A DNA stretch of 41,798 nucleotides from a virus. Shown here in pieces: positions 17,642 to 25,231 of this stretch (position 1 is its first letter; each line of letters starts with the position of its first letter). Made by a program: the position numbers and the translations under genes. The stretch covers positions 1 to 41,798 of the IMG/VR virus record IMGVR_UViG_3300045988_016066, one strand, 5' to 3'. The notes under the pieces are model-generated. The model had not been told where the DNA came from. It was given only the letters and a program-made list of their open reading frames with translations, and searched no databases.

Positions 17642-17952
17642 TAACTAAACCTCTCCACCAGTTTCTTTTTTGCCAACCGAACGCGGCGGCGCTGCGCCAT
17701 CAAAGCGCGCATATCTCCGTCTTTAACGTCGCCTCGCTGTATGGCGCTGATCTCCGATTGCACGGAAGTCTCGAAATCCTGCACGCCTTTGTATACGGCC
17801 TGAACCTGTCTATCCGTTTTTGCGCTTTGAGCCGCTTTAACAAGCCTATCAGCTCTTTCCGTCACTCCGGGATAATGCCATTTGCCGCCGCTCTTCGTCC
17901 GCGGAAACTGCACAATATTTGATACTCCGCTGCTCGCTCCACGTCCGCCCAT
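17641..17952 (-). CDS. MGGRGAxSG-family protein 1 (103 aa), function unknown
   Basis: ATG overlaps the ParB-like gene stop by 1 nt. MGGRGASSGVSNIVQFPRTKSGGKWHYPG..., with a helical basic C-terminus. Confidence 0.75.
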   Translation of the reverse strand: MGGRGASSGVSNIVQFPRTKSGGKWHYPGVTERADRLVKAAQSAKTDRQVQAVYKGVQDFETSVQSEISAIQRGDVKDGDMRALMAQRRRVRLAKKKLVERFS

Positions 17953-18974
17953 CAGCTTTTCCCTCCGAATCTCTCCGTGTTATGGTTCGCAATGTAACTC
18001 ACTCCGCACGGGAATTTATATCCTATATCGCCGCCGTAACATACGACGTGCGACGGTTTCAACCGCTTTATTGCTTCTTCCATTCCGGCGAACCATATAC
18101 CACCGGCGTTTTTATCGCGCTTTACGCCTATCGTACTAACCGAAACTACACCGCCCGGCTCTATGCCGTCAAAGCAGAAATCAAAGCTCCGTTCGTCCGC
18201 CCATTGCAACGTGGGTATAACCGTTATGCCTGCGTCCTGCATGATCTGCCCGATCAACCGGGAGCGGTATACGTTCCATATCTGCATTGCAAGCGGCATA
18301 TCCAGATAAAGCGAAAAGTCCGGCGTGAGAACACAGTCGAACATACCCAGCTTATCAATATACTTGCCCGGCGTTGTCCATACTCTTTCAAATTGGTAAT
18401 CGTCGATATAGAAGTGTATGCCTTTGTCGTAGTCGTCGCTCGTGAGCATATAGTTAAAAGAGATCAAATCCTCCGGTATGTGGTCTGTTGCTTTCAATGT
18501 TGGCATGTCCCAATTGCCAGCGGCGCGTTCCGCGTCAAAATCGCGCAGATTCATTTTACTGTACGTCTTCTCTCGTTCGTCGCCGTAATAGCCGTCGTCC
18601 TCTTCTTCCTCCGGCTCATCGGCATAGCCGAGAAAACCGAGGTCAAGGCTCGGAAGCTCCAAGGATAGCATGTTCTTGTCAAAGCCGCTGTCCATCGTGG
18701 TCTTGTTGTGAGCGATGGTGTACTCCCGGCGCTGCTTGTCGGTCAGATGGTCGAGCCGTATGCACGGCGCTTCTTTTATCCCCATCTGCCGCAGGGCTTC
18801 AAATCTCCCATGGCCCTCTACAATGGTGTTAGATTTGCCCCATACAGCGATAGGGTCGTTCATTCCATACCGAGCGATGGATTCCTTGATCTCGTCGGTC
18901 TGCTCTTGCGGATGCTCTTTTGTGTTGTTGGCATACGGCTTTATCTCGTCCAGCCGCAGTGTGATTACTTCCAT
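17952..18974 (-). CDS. ParB-like N-terminal (nuclease/CTPase-fold) domain protein with DUF4417-like C-terminal domain
   Basis: LRLDEIKPYANNTKEHPQEQTDEIKESIARYGMNDPIAVWGKSNTIVEGHGRFEALRQMG (ParB N-domain). C-terminal IHFYIDDYQFERVW...VLTPDFSLYLDMPLAMQIWNVYRSRLIGQ. Start set at the ATG at 18974, because the ORF-track GTG at 19040 lies inside the terminator stem. Confidence 0.75.
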   Translation of the reverse strand: MEVITLRLDEIKPYANNTKEHPQEQTDEIKESIARYGMNDPIAVWGKSNTIVEGHGRFEALRQMGIKEAPCIRLDHLTDKQRREYTIAHNKTTMDSGFDKNMLSLELPSLDLGFLGYADEPEEEEDDGYYGDEREKTYSKMNLRDFDAERAAGNWDMPTLKATDHIPEDLISFNYMLTSDDYDKGIHFYIDDYQFERVWTTPGKYIDKLGMFDCVLTPDFSLYLDMPLAMQIWNVYRSRLIGQIMQDAGITVIPTLQWADERSFDFCFDGIEPGGVVSVSTIGVKRDKNAGGIWFAGMEEAIKRLKPSHVVCYGGDIGYKFPCGVSYIANHNTERFGGKS

Positions 18975-19022
18975 CTCCGCCGCCCCCTCCGCTGCGTACG
19001 GCTTTCCCGCCTCTCGGCTTCG

Positions 19023-19082
19023 CCCAAAATAAAAAGCCACGCTTTGGCGCTCGGTGATCGTCCGGCGTCTCTGCGTGGCTTT
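19023..19082 (-). terminator. Leader hairpin plus U-tract immediately downstream of the putative late promoter
   Basis: Minus strand reads AAAGCCACGC-(30 nt)-GCGTGGCTTT followed by ttattttggg. It begins about 4 nt after the predicted transcription start. Confidence 0.55.
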
Positions 19083-19092
19083 GGATGCTATT

Positions 19093-19136
19093 ATTATATC
19101 ACGGATTTTTGAAAAGTCACTGGCGCAAAACTGGCG
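19093..19136 (-). promoter_or_regulatory. Extended -10 promoter (TGaTATAAT) with GTGACT -35 and two upstream CGCCAGT direct repeats
   Basis: Minus strand reads taaCGCCAGTtttgCGCCAGTGACTtttcaaaaatccgTGaTATAAT. The repeats have an 11-bp period (19119..19125 and 19130..19136). Spacer is 16 nt. Confidence 0.65.
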
Positions 19137-19583
19137 TTATAGGTCAAACGAGCTGTATCTCGCGGTGCAGTAGCTCGACAATGCCCGTGTCGCCTTCTTC
19201 CAGACGGTCGTTTCGTCGATGATTCCAAGCTCGTCGCATAGCCGCTGCGAGCCATTTTTCTGCTTGTCGATGTACAAAACCTCAAGGATGCGCCGCTCAT
19301 CCTCAGTCAGCAACGCGAGCGCCTGCCGTGTGAGTTTGACGTCTTTCTCGGCAAACATCAGTTTGTCTTTCAGCGCGTCAACAGTAACGATGCTGTTGTT
19401 CATGCGTTCCTCATACGACGTGCCGCCGCCCTGCACCGGGGCCGTCCCCGTGGATGCGCTCTTGATGGATGTCATGCGCTCGCGCTCCATGTTGATCTCC
19501 TCCGGTATGGACAATATCGCCGCCTCGTTTTTCCGTAGGTTGAACTGGTCAGCCTTGCATTTCATTTTCCAGAGTTCGTTCAC
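19137..19583 (-). CDS. Late transcription regulator, sigma-70 region-4-like (ArpU/RinA/DUF1492 class)
   Basis: 148 aa, GTG start after GAGGTGA. C-terminal ...TRQALALLTEDERRILEVLYIDKQKNGSQRLCDELGIIDETTVWKKATRALSSY is an HTH of the sigma r4 type. Sits just upstream of the late region. Confidence 0.6.
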   Translation of the reverse strand: MNELWKMKCKADQFNLRKNEAAILSIPEEINMERERMTSIKSASTGTAPVQGGGTSYEERMNNSIVTVDALKDKLMFAEKDVKLTRQALALLTEDERRILEVLYIDKQKNGSQRLCDELGIIDETTVWKKATRALSSYCTARYSSFDL

Positions 19584-19648
19584 TTTATCACCTCGTCATT
19601 CAATGTTAAACGCTCTGCGCCGCGTTTTCGGATTTTACGCGCATCTTT

Positions 19649-20296
19649 TCATGCCTCCCACGAAACGCTTAACTTTGCCATGCTCACGGAGCCGAGAACG
19701 GAGAATACAAGGTTCAGCGCATCTGTGGTCGTGGTATTCTCGAAACAGAGGCTTCCGCTCTTGGGAGCGCCCCCCCTATTCTGTACCGGCGGAGCGTCAG
19801 GGGCTTTGACCTCCTCCGGCGGTTCTTCGTCTTCCTGCTCGGACGGTTTTGTTTCCGTCGGCGCTTCTACGGGATCGGCTTTTGGCTCTTCGGCGCAAAA
19901 GGCACGGAACCCGCCGTTGTTGGTATTCGCCCATCTTCCACGGTGCGGAAACTTGATGCCGAGCTTCTTTGTCTCCAAGCCCACCGTCTGAACAGAAACG
20001 CCGAACATGGCGGCAAGGTCTTTTTGCTGCACGTCGAAGCGCTCCTGTAGCTTCTCTATGTACTCCCGGCGCAAATCGTCCGGGAGTAACTTAAATTCTT
20101 TCCACTGCATGGGTCGATTGAGAGAGTATGTTTTTATTTCGCCGTTCATGGCTTCACGTTCCTTTCTTGTAAGATAATCTGACGGGAAGATGACTTTCCC
20201 GCCCTTTCCGGCGTGGGTGCGCTTATTGTGTATGCCACGCGCCGTTCGCTTCTTCTCTGCGCAGTCAGTAATGAAAACGTACTTTTCATCGTTCAC
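19649..20296 (-). CDS. DNA-binding protein with internal HTH and acidic/Pro-rich C-terminus, unknown role
   Basis: 215 aa. ...RREYIEKLQERFDVQQKDLAAMFGVSVQTVGLETKKLG...; the C-terminal half is EEPKADPVEAPTETKPSEQEDEEPPEEVKAPDAPP. Confidence 0.6.
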   Translation of the reverse strand: MNDEKYVFITDCAEKKRTARGIHNKRTHAGKGGKVIFPSDYLTRKEREAMNGEIKTYSLNRPMQWKEFKLLPDDLRREYIEKLQERFDVQQKDLAAMFGVSVQTVGLETKKLGIKFPHRGRWANTNNGGFRAFCAEEPKADPVEAPTETKPSEQEDEEPPEEVKAPDAPPVQNRGGAPKSGSLCFENTTTTDALNLVFSVLGSVSMAKLSVSWEA

Positions 20297-20298
20297 AG

Positions 20299-20475
20299 CT
20301 AAATATCTCCATACCGCTCGATTTGATATATCTCACCGTCTATGGTGTATATCGTTAAAGTCTCACATATCACCGGAGGAGACGACGCAGGAACGAAAAC
20401 CGTACCGTACCTTGTCCCGCAATACTCACACATGCCCCCGGTGATCGGAGCTCCACAGTTAAGGCAGTTTGTCAT
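20299..20475 (-). CDS. Small zinc-ribbon protein (58 aa)
   Basis: Internal ATG at 20475 gives MTNCLNCGAPITGGMCEYCGTRYG. The longer ORF-track N-terminus overlaps the upstream gene. Confidence 0.55.
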   Translation of the reverse strand: MTNCLNCGAPITGGMCEYCGTRYGTVFVPASSPPVICETLTIYTIDGEIYQIERYGDI

Positions 20476-20497
20476 ACCTCCCACCCGAACTCGTCCT

Positions 20498-20740
20498 TTA
20501 TGGCGTCGCACACACAAAAAAGCTGAACACAAGGAAACTGACACACGGTTGCGACCTTTTTGTTTCTTCGTTTCCCCAATAGACACAGTCTTTGCACCGC
20601 ACAACAGCGACCATCTCCGGCTTTGGCTTTACGGTTTTGCAGGAGACGCCTTTTACGCATACAAACTCCCGATCTTTTCCGGCGTGCTCGCAGCTGGAAG
20701 TGCAGTCCTTGCAGTTGTCACGCACGATCTTCGTTGCCAT
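20498..20740 (-). CDS. Small Cys-rich protein (80 aa)
   Basis: ATG at 20740 after GGAGAAAGGAAG. MATKIVRDNCKDCTSSCEHAGKDREFVCVKGVSCK...VVRCKDCVYWGNE. Confidence 0.55.
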   Translation of the reverse strand: MATKIVRDNCKDCTSSCEHAGKDREFVCVKGVSCKTVKPKPEMVAVVRCKDCVYWGNEETKRSQPCVSFLVFSFFVCATP

Positions 20741-21014
20741 TGTTCTTCCTTTCTCCGTAACTACAAAAATCATTATCGTTTGTTGTGAACGGTGTGTGCC
20801 AGCATCCACAATCACACCGCTCGTCTTCTGGGTCTCGGTGTTTACAGTCCTTGCAATGCACCACCGGCTCATATCCAAGCTGCACCGCCATGCGCTTAAA
20901 CTGGCTGCGGGTAGGGCGGTCAACATCGACAGTCGGAATCTTTTTCATTTCCTCGATTACCAGATCGGAAACGAATATTCTGTTCTGTGGGCTTTCTGCG
21001 TTAATCAAGCGCAT
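20718..21014 (-). CDS. Small Cys-rich protein (98 aa)
   Basis: ATG at 21014 after GAAGGAGGGAAAG. ...VVHCKDCKHRDPEDERCDCGCWHTPFTTNDNDFCSYGERK. Confidence 0.6.
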   Translation of the reverse strand: MRLINAESPQNRIFVSDLVIEEMKKIPTVDVDRPTRSQFKRMAVQLGYEPVVHCKDCKHRDPEDERCDCGCWHTPFTTNDNDFCSYGERKNNGNEDRA

Positions 21015-21252
21015 GGGCTTTCCCTCCTTCGTATTTTGCGATAAGCATATTGAGATCGCGCAGTCCGCGCATTGTGATAAGATTATCTTCGTACAGGTTG
21101 TCGCGGAGTGAAAGAAGTTCGGAGACGGGGACGGCGGCAACTGTGTCCTGCATCCTTATCCAACGTAAGAACTGCCCCATAATGACCGGATTGTATTTGA
21201 ATGCGGTCTTGACCTGCGATTCTTCGGCTTTTGCATCAATCAGCCTTGCCAT
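21001..21252 (-). CDS. Hypothetical protein (83 aa)
   Basis: ORF with a GGGGGGTG RBS, in the operon. Confidence 0.55.
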   Translation of the reverse strand: MARLIDAKAEESQVKTAFKYNPVIMGQFLRWIRMQDTVAAVPVSELLSLRDNLYEDNLITMRGLRDLNMLIAKYEGGKAHALD

Positions 21253-21309
21253 TCACTACACCCCCCATTCCACCGCCACACACAGCGGGGACATTTGCCG
21301 TAGCATGGT

Positions 21310-21771
21310 TTATGCATTGTCACCGTCTCCAATCTCAAATCTTAATTTCATTTGCGCTGGATAAAGATCGACCTCTGGGCGACGCTTTCCCGTCCAGCGC
21401 AGACCGCCAGCTTGCCCAACGCATTTCCAACCAGCGGCCTTTAGGCTCACACCAGATTCCGTGTCCAGTATGTAAGTGACAAGCTTGTGATACCCCATGG
21501 CTCGCGCCGCTCTCCATGCTGCGGCATAGAGCATAGAACAAGCGTTGTGTGTACCGTCCGTACAAAGCCGATTGACCTCAAGTGTCCAGCCATCATCAAG
21601 CACACGGCTCACCGGTCGCCCAACAATGGCAACACCGACGATTTTCTCACCGTCTGTGCATCCAATCGAAAACTTGTGTCCAACGACAGGCTTGTGATGC
21701 CGATGGTTCTGCTCAACAAATGCGTTTGCCTCCTTCAAGGTCATCGGGCACACCTCAAGCATCGCTGTCAC
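21310..21771 (-). CDS. GNAT-fold-like small protein (XF1762-family-like)
   Basis: MTLKEANAFVEQNHRHHKPVVGHKFSIGC...IVGVAIVGRPVSR...EVNRLCTDG. The likely true start is the ATG at 21744 (GAGGTG 6 nt upstream). Confidence 0.55.
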   Translation of the reverse strand: MTAMLEVCPMTLKEANAFVEQNHRHHKPVVGHKFSIGCTDGEKIVGVAIVGRPVSRVLDDGWTLEVNRLCTDGTHNACSMLYAAAWRAARAMGYHKLVTYILDTESGVSLKAAGWKCVGQAGGLRWTGKRRPEVDLYPAQMKLRFEIGDGDNA

Positions 21772-22060
21772 CGCCTTTATACTTCGGCATAGCCGCCCAT
21801 GCTTTCACGCCGTCCCAATCGCCGCGTGTTTCAAGCTCGAACAGGTTGTTGCATTCATCGCAGTCGATCATGCACAAGTCCTGCGAGACGCCCCAGCTTG
21901 TGGCGACAAGGATTTCCTGCCCGTCCTTCGGCATTTCGCATGAAAACATATATTCCGGGATTTCATAGTAAGTGTATTCGAGCTCGGCATACTCGGATTT
22001 TTCTTCTTCGGTCAACGGGCGCGTCGTGATCTCGTGCCAGATGATTTTTTCTTCAAACAT
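21755..22060 (-). CDS. DUF551-like protein (101 aa)
   Basis: ATG at 22060. MFEEKIIWHEITTRPLTEEE...WDGVKAWAAMPKYKG. Confidence 0.55.
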   Translation of the reverse strand: MFEEKIIWHEITTRPLTEEEKSEYAELEYTYYEIPEYMFSCEMPKDGQEILVATSWGVSQDLCMIDCDECNNLFELETRGDWDGVKAWAAMPKYKGGDSDA

Positions 22061-22256
22061 CGGTTCGCTGTCCTTTCGTTTTTTCCAAATCCGCAATGTT
22101 CAGCATTTCGATTGCAACCGAGCGGAGCAGGGCAACCTTAATGCATTCCAGCTCTTCTGGTGTCATGTCGTTGCTGTCGAATGTGGATGTCGGCTGGAAC
22201 TTTTCCACCAGCTTCTTGTAAATACGCTCACGGCGTTTGCATTCTTGGATCGTCAT
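22053..22256 (-). CDS. Hypothetical protein (67 aa)
   Basis: ATG at 22256 overlaps the upstream TGA (ATGA). MTIQECKRRERIYKKLVEKF. Confidence 0.5.
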   Translation of the reverse strand: MTIQECKRRERIYKKLVEKFQPTSTFDSNDMTPEELECIKVALLRSVAIEMLNIADLEKTKGQRTDV

Positions 22257-22549
22257 TCCGCACCGTCCATTTTCGCGCCGCAATGAGGACAGAACGCGCT
22301 CTCGCCCATAAACGTGTTGGGGTTCTGGCAGATGGAACAACTATAGGGCTGATAAAAATCGTGTAAAACGCCCTTCCAATTTTCCCTTTTTACGACAAGC
22401 GACACCCATTTCCCGTGCTGTGCAACTGGCGCATATTGGTTGCACTCTGCACAAGGTTGATTACCAGCCGCTCGACAAACGAGATAATGATTGCAGCTTG
22501 GGCAAATACCTTCTGCCCCTGCCTTGATTGTCTGGTGGATATCAATCAT
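22253..22549 (-). CDS. Zinc-ribbon protein, HGKWV...CPHCGA.M family (98 aa)
   Basis: ATG at 22549. ...CPSCNH...CAECNQYAPVAQHGKWVSL...YSCSICQNPNTFMGESAFCPHCGAKMDG. Paralog of 22542..22829. Confidence 0.6.
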   Translation of the reverse strand: MIDIHQTIKAGAEGICPSCNHYLVCRAAGNQPCAECNQYAPVAQHGKWVSLVVKRENWKGVLHDFYQPYSCSICQNPNTFMGESAFCPHCGAKMDGAE

Positions 22550-22829
22550 TTTCTTCACCCTCCACTCTCCATCTGTCCATAACCGCACCGCAATGAGGGC
22601 AGTAGGACGTTCGGTCAGCAAAACCGATTTCGCAAACAGAGCAGTACTGAATATCTCCTGCAAACTCTGCGTGAAATGTCACCCATTTTCCATGCCGTAC
22701 CGGCGCAACGTCGGCGGCAGGAATCCCTTCAACAAAGCACTTCAATGCAACAATTTCCGGCTTCCAGAGCGTATCCATGCAAGCGTCCAGATGGTTAATC
22801 ACCGTCTCGCGCTTTATGTATTCATCCAT
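22542..22829 (-). CDS. Zinc-ribbon protein, HGKWV...CPHCGA.M family (95 aa)
   Basis: ATG at 22829 after AAAGGAGAAAACG. ...APVRHGKWVTFHAEFAGDIQYCSVCEIGFADRTSYCPHCGAVMD. Confidence 0.6.
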   Translation of the reverse strand: MDEYIKRETVINHLDACMDTLWKPEIVALKCFVEGIPAADVAPVRHGKWVTFHAEFAGDIQYCSVCEIGFADRTSYCPHCGAVMDRWRVEGEEND

Positions 22830-23172
22830 CGTTTTCTCCTTTCGGTGGTTCGGGAAGCGGCATCCAATGAGTAACAAGGTCGTCTATGTCGTAATCTGTC
22901 CCATTGTCGTTCCAATTCCAGCAACCGCCGGAATATTCAGCAACTACAACAACCGTGTCATACCAGATTCCTTCTCCATGCGAACACCACTCGTCACAAG
23001 CCGTAACGATGTACATACCAGCCACATCCGGCAGTCTGTCCTTGACGCTGATCCATTGTGAGACGGAGGCGGCGGGAAGCGCCATGATAGTCTGTACGTT
23101 TTTTGCGCTGCACCCGTCCTGCATCAATCGCATAACCGCCGCTTCGCGTTCTATGTATTCAGCCATTGTCAT
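22822..23172 (-). CDS. DUF551-like protein (116 aa)
   Basis: ...WISVKDRLPDVAGMYIVTA...THWMPLPEPPKG, the typical DUF551 signature. Confidence 0.6.
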   Translation of the reverse strand: MTMAEYIEREAAVMRLMQDGCSAKNVQTIMALPAASVSQWISVKDRLPDVAGMYIVTACDEWCSHGEGIWYDTVVVVAEYSGGCWNWNDNGTDYDIDDLVTHWMPLPEPPKGENDG

Positions 23173-23326
23173 CGCCTCCGTCCGTCAGCACTTCTTTTTC
23201 AAGCGTTGCGCCGATAACTTCAATAGCGTCGATAATGCCGCAGCTTACGCTTTTGTCGAGGTCGAATATAGCGCCCTCGATGAAGCCTAACATGCGCTGA
23301 ATCGTTGAAAAGTCTTTGTGTGTCAT
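23159..23326 (-). CDS. Small hypothetical protein (55 aa)
   Basis: Not in the ORF track. ATGA overlap upstream. MTHKDFSTIQRMLGFIEGAIFDLDKSVSCGIIDAIEVIGATLEKEVLTDGGDDNG. Fills an otherwise empty 150-nt gap. Confidence 0.5.
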   Translation of the reverse strand: MTHKDFSTIQRMLGFIEGAIFDLDKSVSCGIIDAIEVIGATLEKEVLTDGGDDNG

Positions 23327-23553
23327 GGCGTTTCCCCCTCATAGTTGTCTTTCATCCCGTGATTTCTCCGGCAGCAGGAGCACTTCTGGTGACGCTTGCC
23401 GAGCCATTTACAGTTGTCGCAGGAAAGCGCGTCCTTTTCGAGCATCCGCAGCCAGTCACAGTCTGCCGGTTCGCAAGGATCGTCTGGATAGAGCTCGTTG
23501 CATAATTCGCAGATAATCGTCCGCGCTGTTTTAATTTTCGTGTATTCAGACAT
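23323..23553 (-). CDS. Small Cys-rich protein (76 aa)
   Basis: ATG at 23553 after GGGAGGG. MSEYTKIKTARTIICELCNELYPDDPCEPADCDW...CDNCKW...HQKCSCC. Confidence 0.55.
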   Translation of the reverse strand: MSEYTKIKTARTIICELCNELYPDDPCEPADCDWLRMLEKDALSCDNCKWLGKRHQKCSCCRRNHGMKDNYEGETP

Positions 23554-23555
23554 GG

Positions 23556-23879
23556 TCAGCCCTCCCAATCAATCGCCTGTCCGCAATGCTCGCAGTATGT
23601 GATTTTCTTACCACCGCCGATAAATTCCCAATGTCCAAGGGCGTAATCACATGCGGGACAAATTGCTTCTTTCGTAGGCGTTCCCCATGTCCTGTCAACG
23701 CCGCTGGTCGGCTTTTTCGGAATCTGCTTGTCCAGCGCCTCACACGCTATAAGACAAGCCTCGTCTACTGCCTTGCGCGATTTCTCTTTGCCGTGAAATC
23801 CGCCAAAGAACTCGATCTCAGCAAGAGCTTTCCGCGTAGTGTCCGGGTGAATGATTCGTTTTGCTTCTTTGTAGGTCAT
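23556..23879 (-). CDS. Zinc-ribbon protein (107 aa)
   Basis: ...AICPACDYALGHWEFIGGGKKITYCEHCGQAIDW. Confidence 0.55.
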   Translation of the reverse strand: MTYKEAKRIIHPDTTRKALAEIEFFGGFHGKEKSRKAVDEACLIACEALDKQIPKKPTSGVDRTWGTPTKEAICPACDYALGHWEFIGGGKKITYCEHCGQAIDWEG

Positions 23880-24073
23880 GCCGCGTCCTCACAGTAAAAT
23901 CTGGAAATGTCATCCATACGCCAGCGAACCGTGTCCGAAATAGTGGAATAGAGATACCCACCTTCCATGTGTACGGATTTCACACCGTATACCTGCCGCG
24001 GATTAGTAAAAGGCCCAAACTGTTTTTTCATGCGTGCCTCAACCTCGTCCTTGAAGATAATGGTCAGTTTCAT
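23876..24073 (-). CDS. Hypothetical protein (65 aa)
   Basis: ATG at 24073 overlaps the upstream TGA (ATGA). MKLTIIFKDEVEARMKKQFGPF. Confidence 0.5.
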   Translation of the reverse strand: MKLTIIFKDEVEARMKKQFGPFTNPRQVYGVKSVHMEGGYLYSTISDTVRWRMDDISRFYCEDAA

Positions 24074-24588
24074 TCCATCGCCTCCAATGCTTTCTCCGCT
24101 TCCTTCGATGGTGCGTTTAACCAAGCTAAGATATCCGAATAATCCTCAGAAAAATTCAATTCATCTTCAAACCCAAGTTTTTTATACAGCATTCTGCAAA
24201 GCTCTTTTTGGGTATCGTAAAGCTGTTTCGCCAACTGCTGATTTGTCGCAGTCCTCATGCGGTCTGCATTGGTCAACGCTTTGTTAGACGGCAGCACCTC
24301 CAGCCGACCGGCCTTGTCGGCCTCGGCCAGCTCGCGTAAGCGGGTATAACTGCAAATGCTCTCCAAATCAGCAAGACGCATCAGCTTCAGCGCGATCTCG
24401 TCTGCCTTATCTTTCGGCAGAACTTTCTCCGGTTCAAGCCCCGTATCCTCGTAGGCTTTCAGCCGCTCCCACACCTTGCGCTGGCTGCAGGCACCATCGG
24501 GGCAGTATTTCCCGAAGCGAGTGTAACTGCATTTGGCTATGTCGCAGAGGTTGCCGCCGAACGTCAGGCGGTCTTTCGGTTCAATCAT
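24070..24588 (-). CDS. Hypothetical protein (172 aa)
   Basis: ORF in the operon. N-terminal Cys cluster (CDIAKCSYTRFGKYCPDGAC) and a helical remainder. Confidence 0.6.
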   Translation of the reverse strand: MIEPKDRLTFGGNLCDIAKCSYTRFGKYCPDGACSQRKVWERLKAYEDTGLEPEKVLPKDKADEIALKLMRLADLESICSYTRLRELAEADKAGRLEVLPSNKALTNADRMRTATNQQLAKQLYDTQKELCRMLYKKLGFEDELNFSEDYSDILAWLNAPSKEAEKALEAME

Positions 24589-25231
24589 TCGTCAGCCTCC
24601 CTAATTCCTTTTCGTATTTGCAGAACGACATGTCGCAGTCCTTCCTATCCGCGCACACGCTGCAATCGTGCGTTTTTGAAAAACGGAAAAACTCTGCGGC
24701 GGTTCTTGCCGGGTAAACCTTTCGGACGGCGGTTTTCTCGGTTTTTGGCTTCTTGACTTCCACAGGCGCTTTTTTCGGCTTTCTGCCCTGCCTCATGTGT
24801 TCGGCTCTGGCATCTCTCACTTCGTTTGCGAGACAGCCGCAGGATCGCGTTTGTCCGTAAATGATGTTGTTCTGCATGATGACTTTTTCCGTTCCGCAGT
24901 CACACCGGACGCGCCAGAAAATAAAGCCCTTCCTGTCCGGCACATCAGCAAGACCGAGGACGACGAGCCGCCCGAACCGCTGACCTGTCAGGTCTTTTCT
25001 CGGTCGCGCTTTCCGAGCTTCCCTCGCCTTTTCGAGCTTTGCCCGCGAAGCATCGGAGTTCAGACAGCCGCAGGATCTCGTTTTTCCGCTCCGCAGGGAA
25101 TACCCGGCGGCAACCTTTTCTTTTCCGCAATCGCATTTGCAGAGCCAGTGCACACCGTCGTGCTCGGAGTGGTCGTATCGTATGACCGTCAGGCGTCCGA
25201 AGCGCTGCCCGGTCAGGTCAATTCGTTTCAT
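24581..25231 (-). CDS. Protein with two tandem LTGQRFGRL...CxCxCG...SCGC zinc modules (putative DNA binding)
   Basis: IDLTGQRFGRLTVIRYD...WLCKCDCGKEKV...GKTRSCGC and KDLTGQRFGRLVVLGL...WRVRCDCGTEKV...GQTRSCGC. Confidence 0.65.
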   Translation of the reverse strand: MKRIDLTGQRFGRLTVIRYDHSEHDGVHWLCKCDCGKEKVAAGYSLRSGKTRSCGCLNSDASRAKLEKAREARKARPRKDLTGQRFGRLVVLGLADVPDRKGFIFWRVRCDCGTEKVIMQNNIIYGQTRSCGCLANEVRDARAEHMRQGRKPKKAPVEVKKPKTEKTAVRKVYPARTAAEFFRFSKTHDCSVCADRKDCDMSFCKYEKELGRLTND

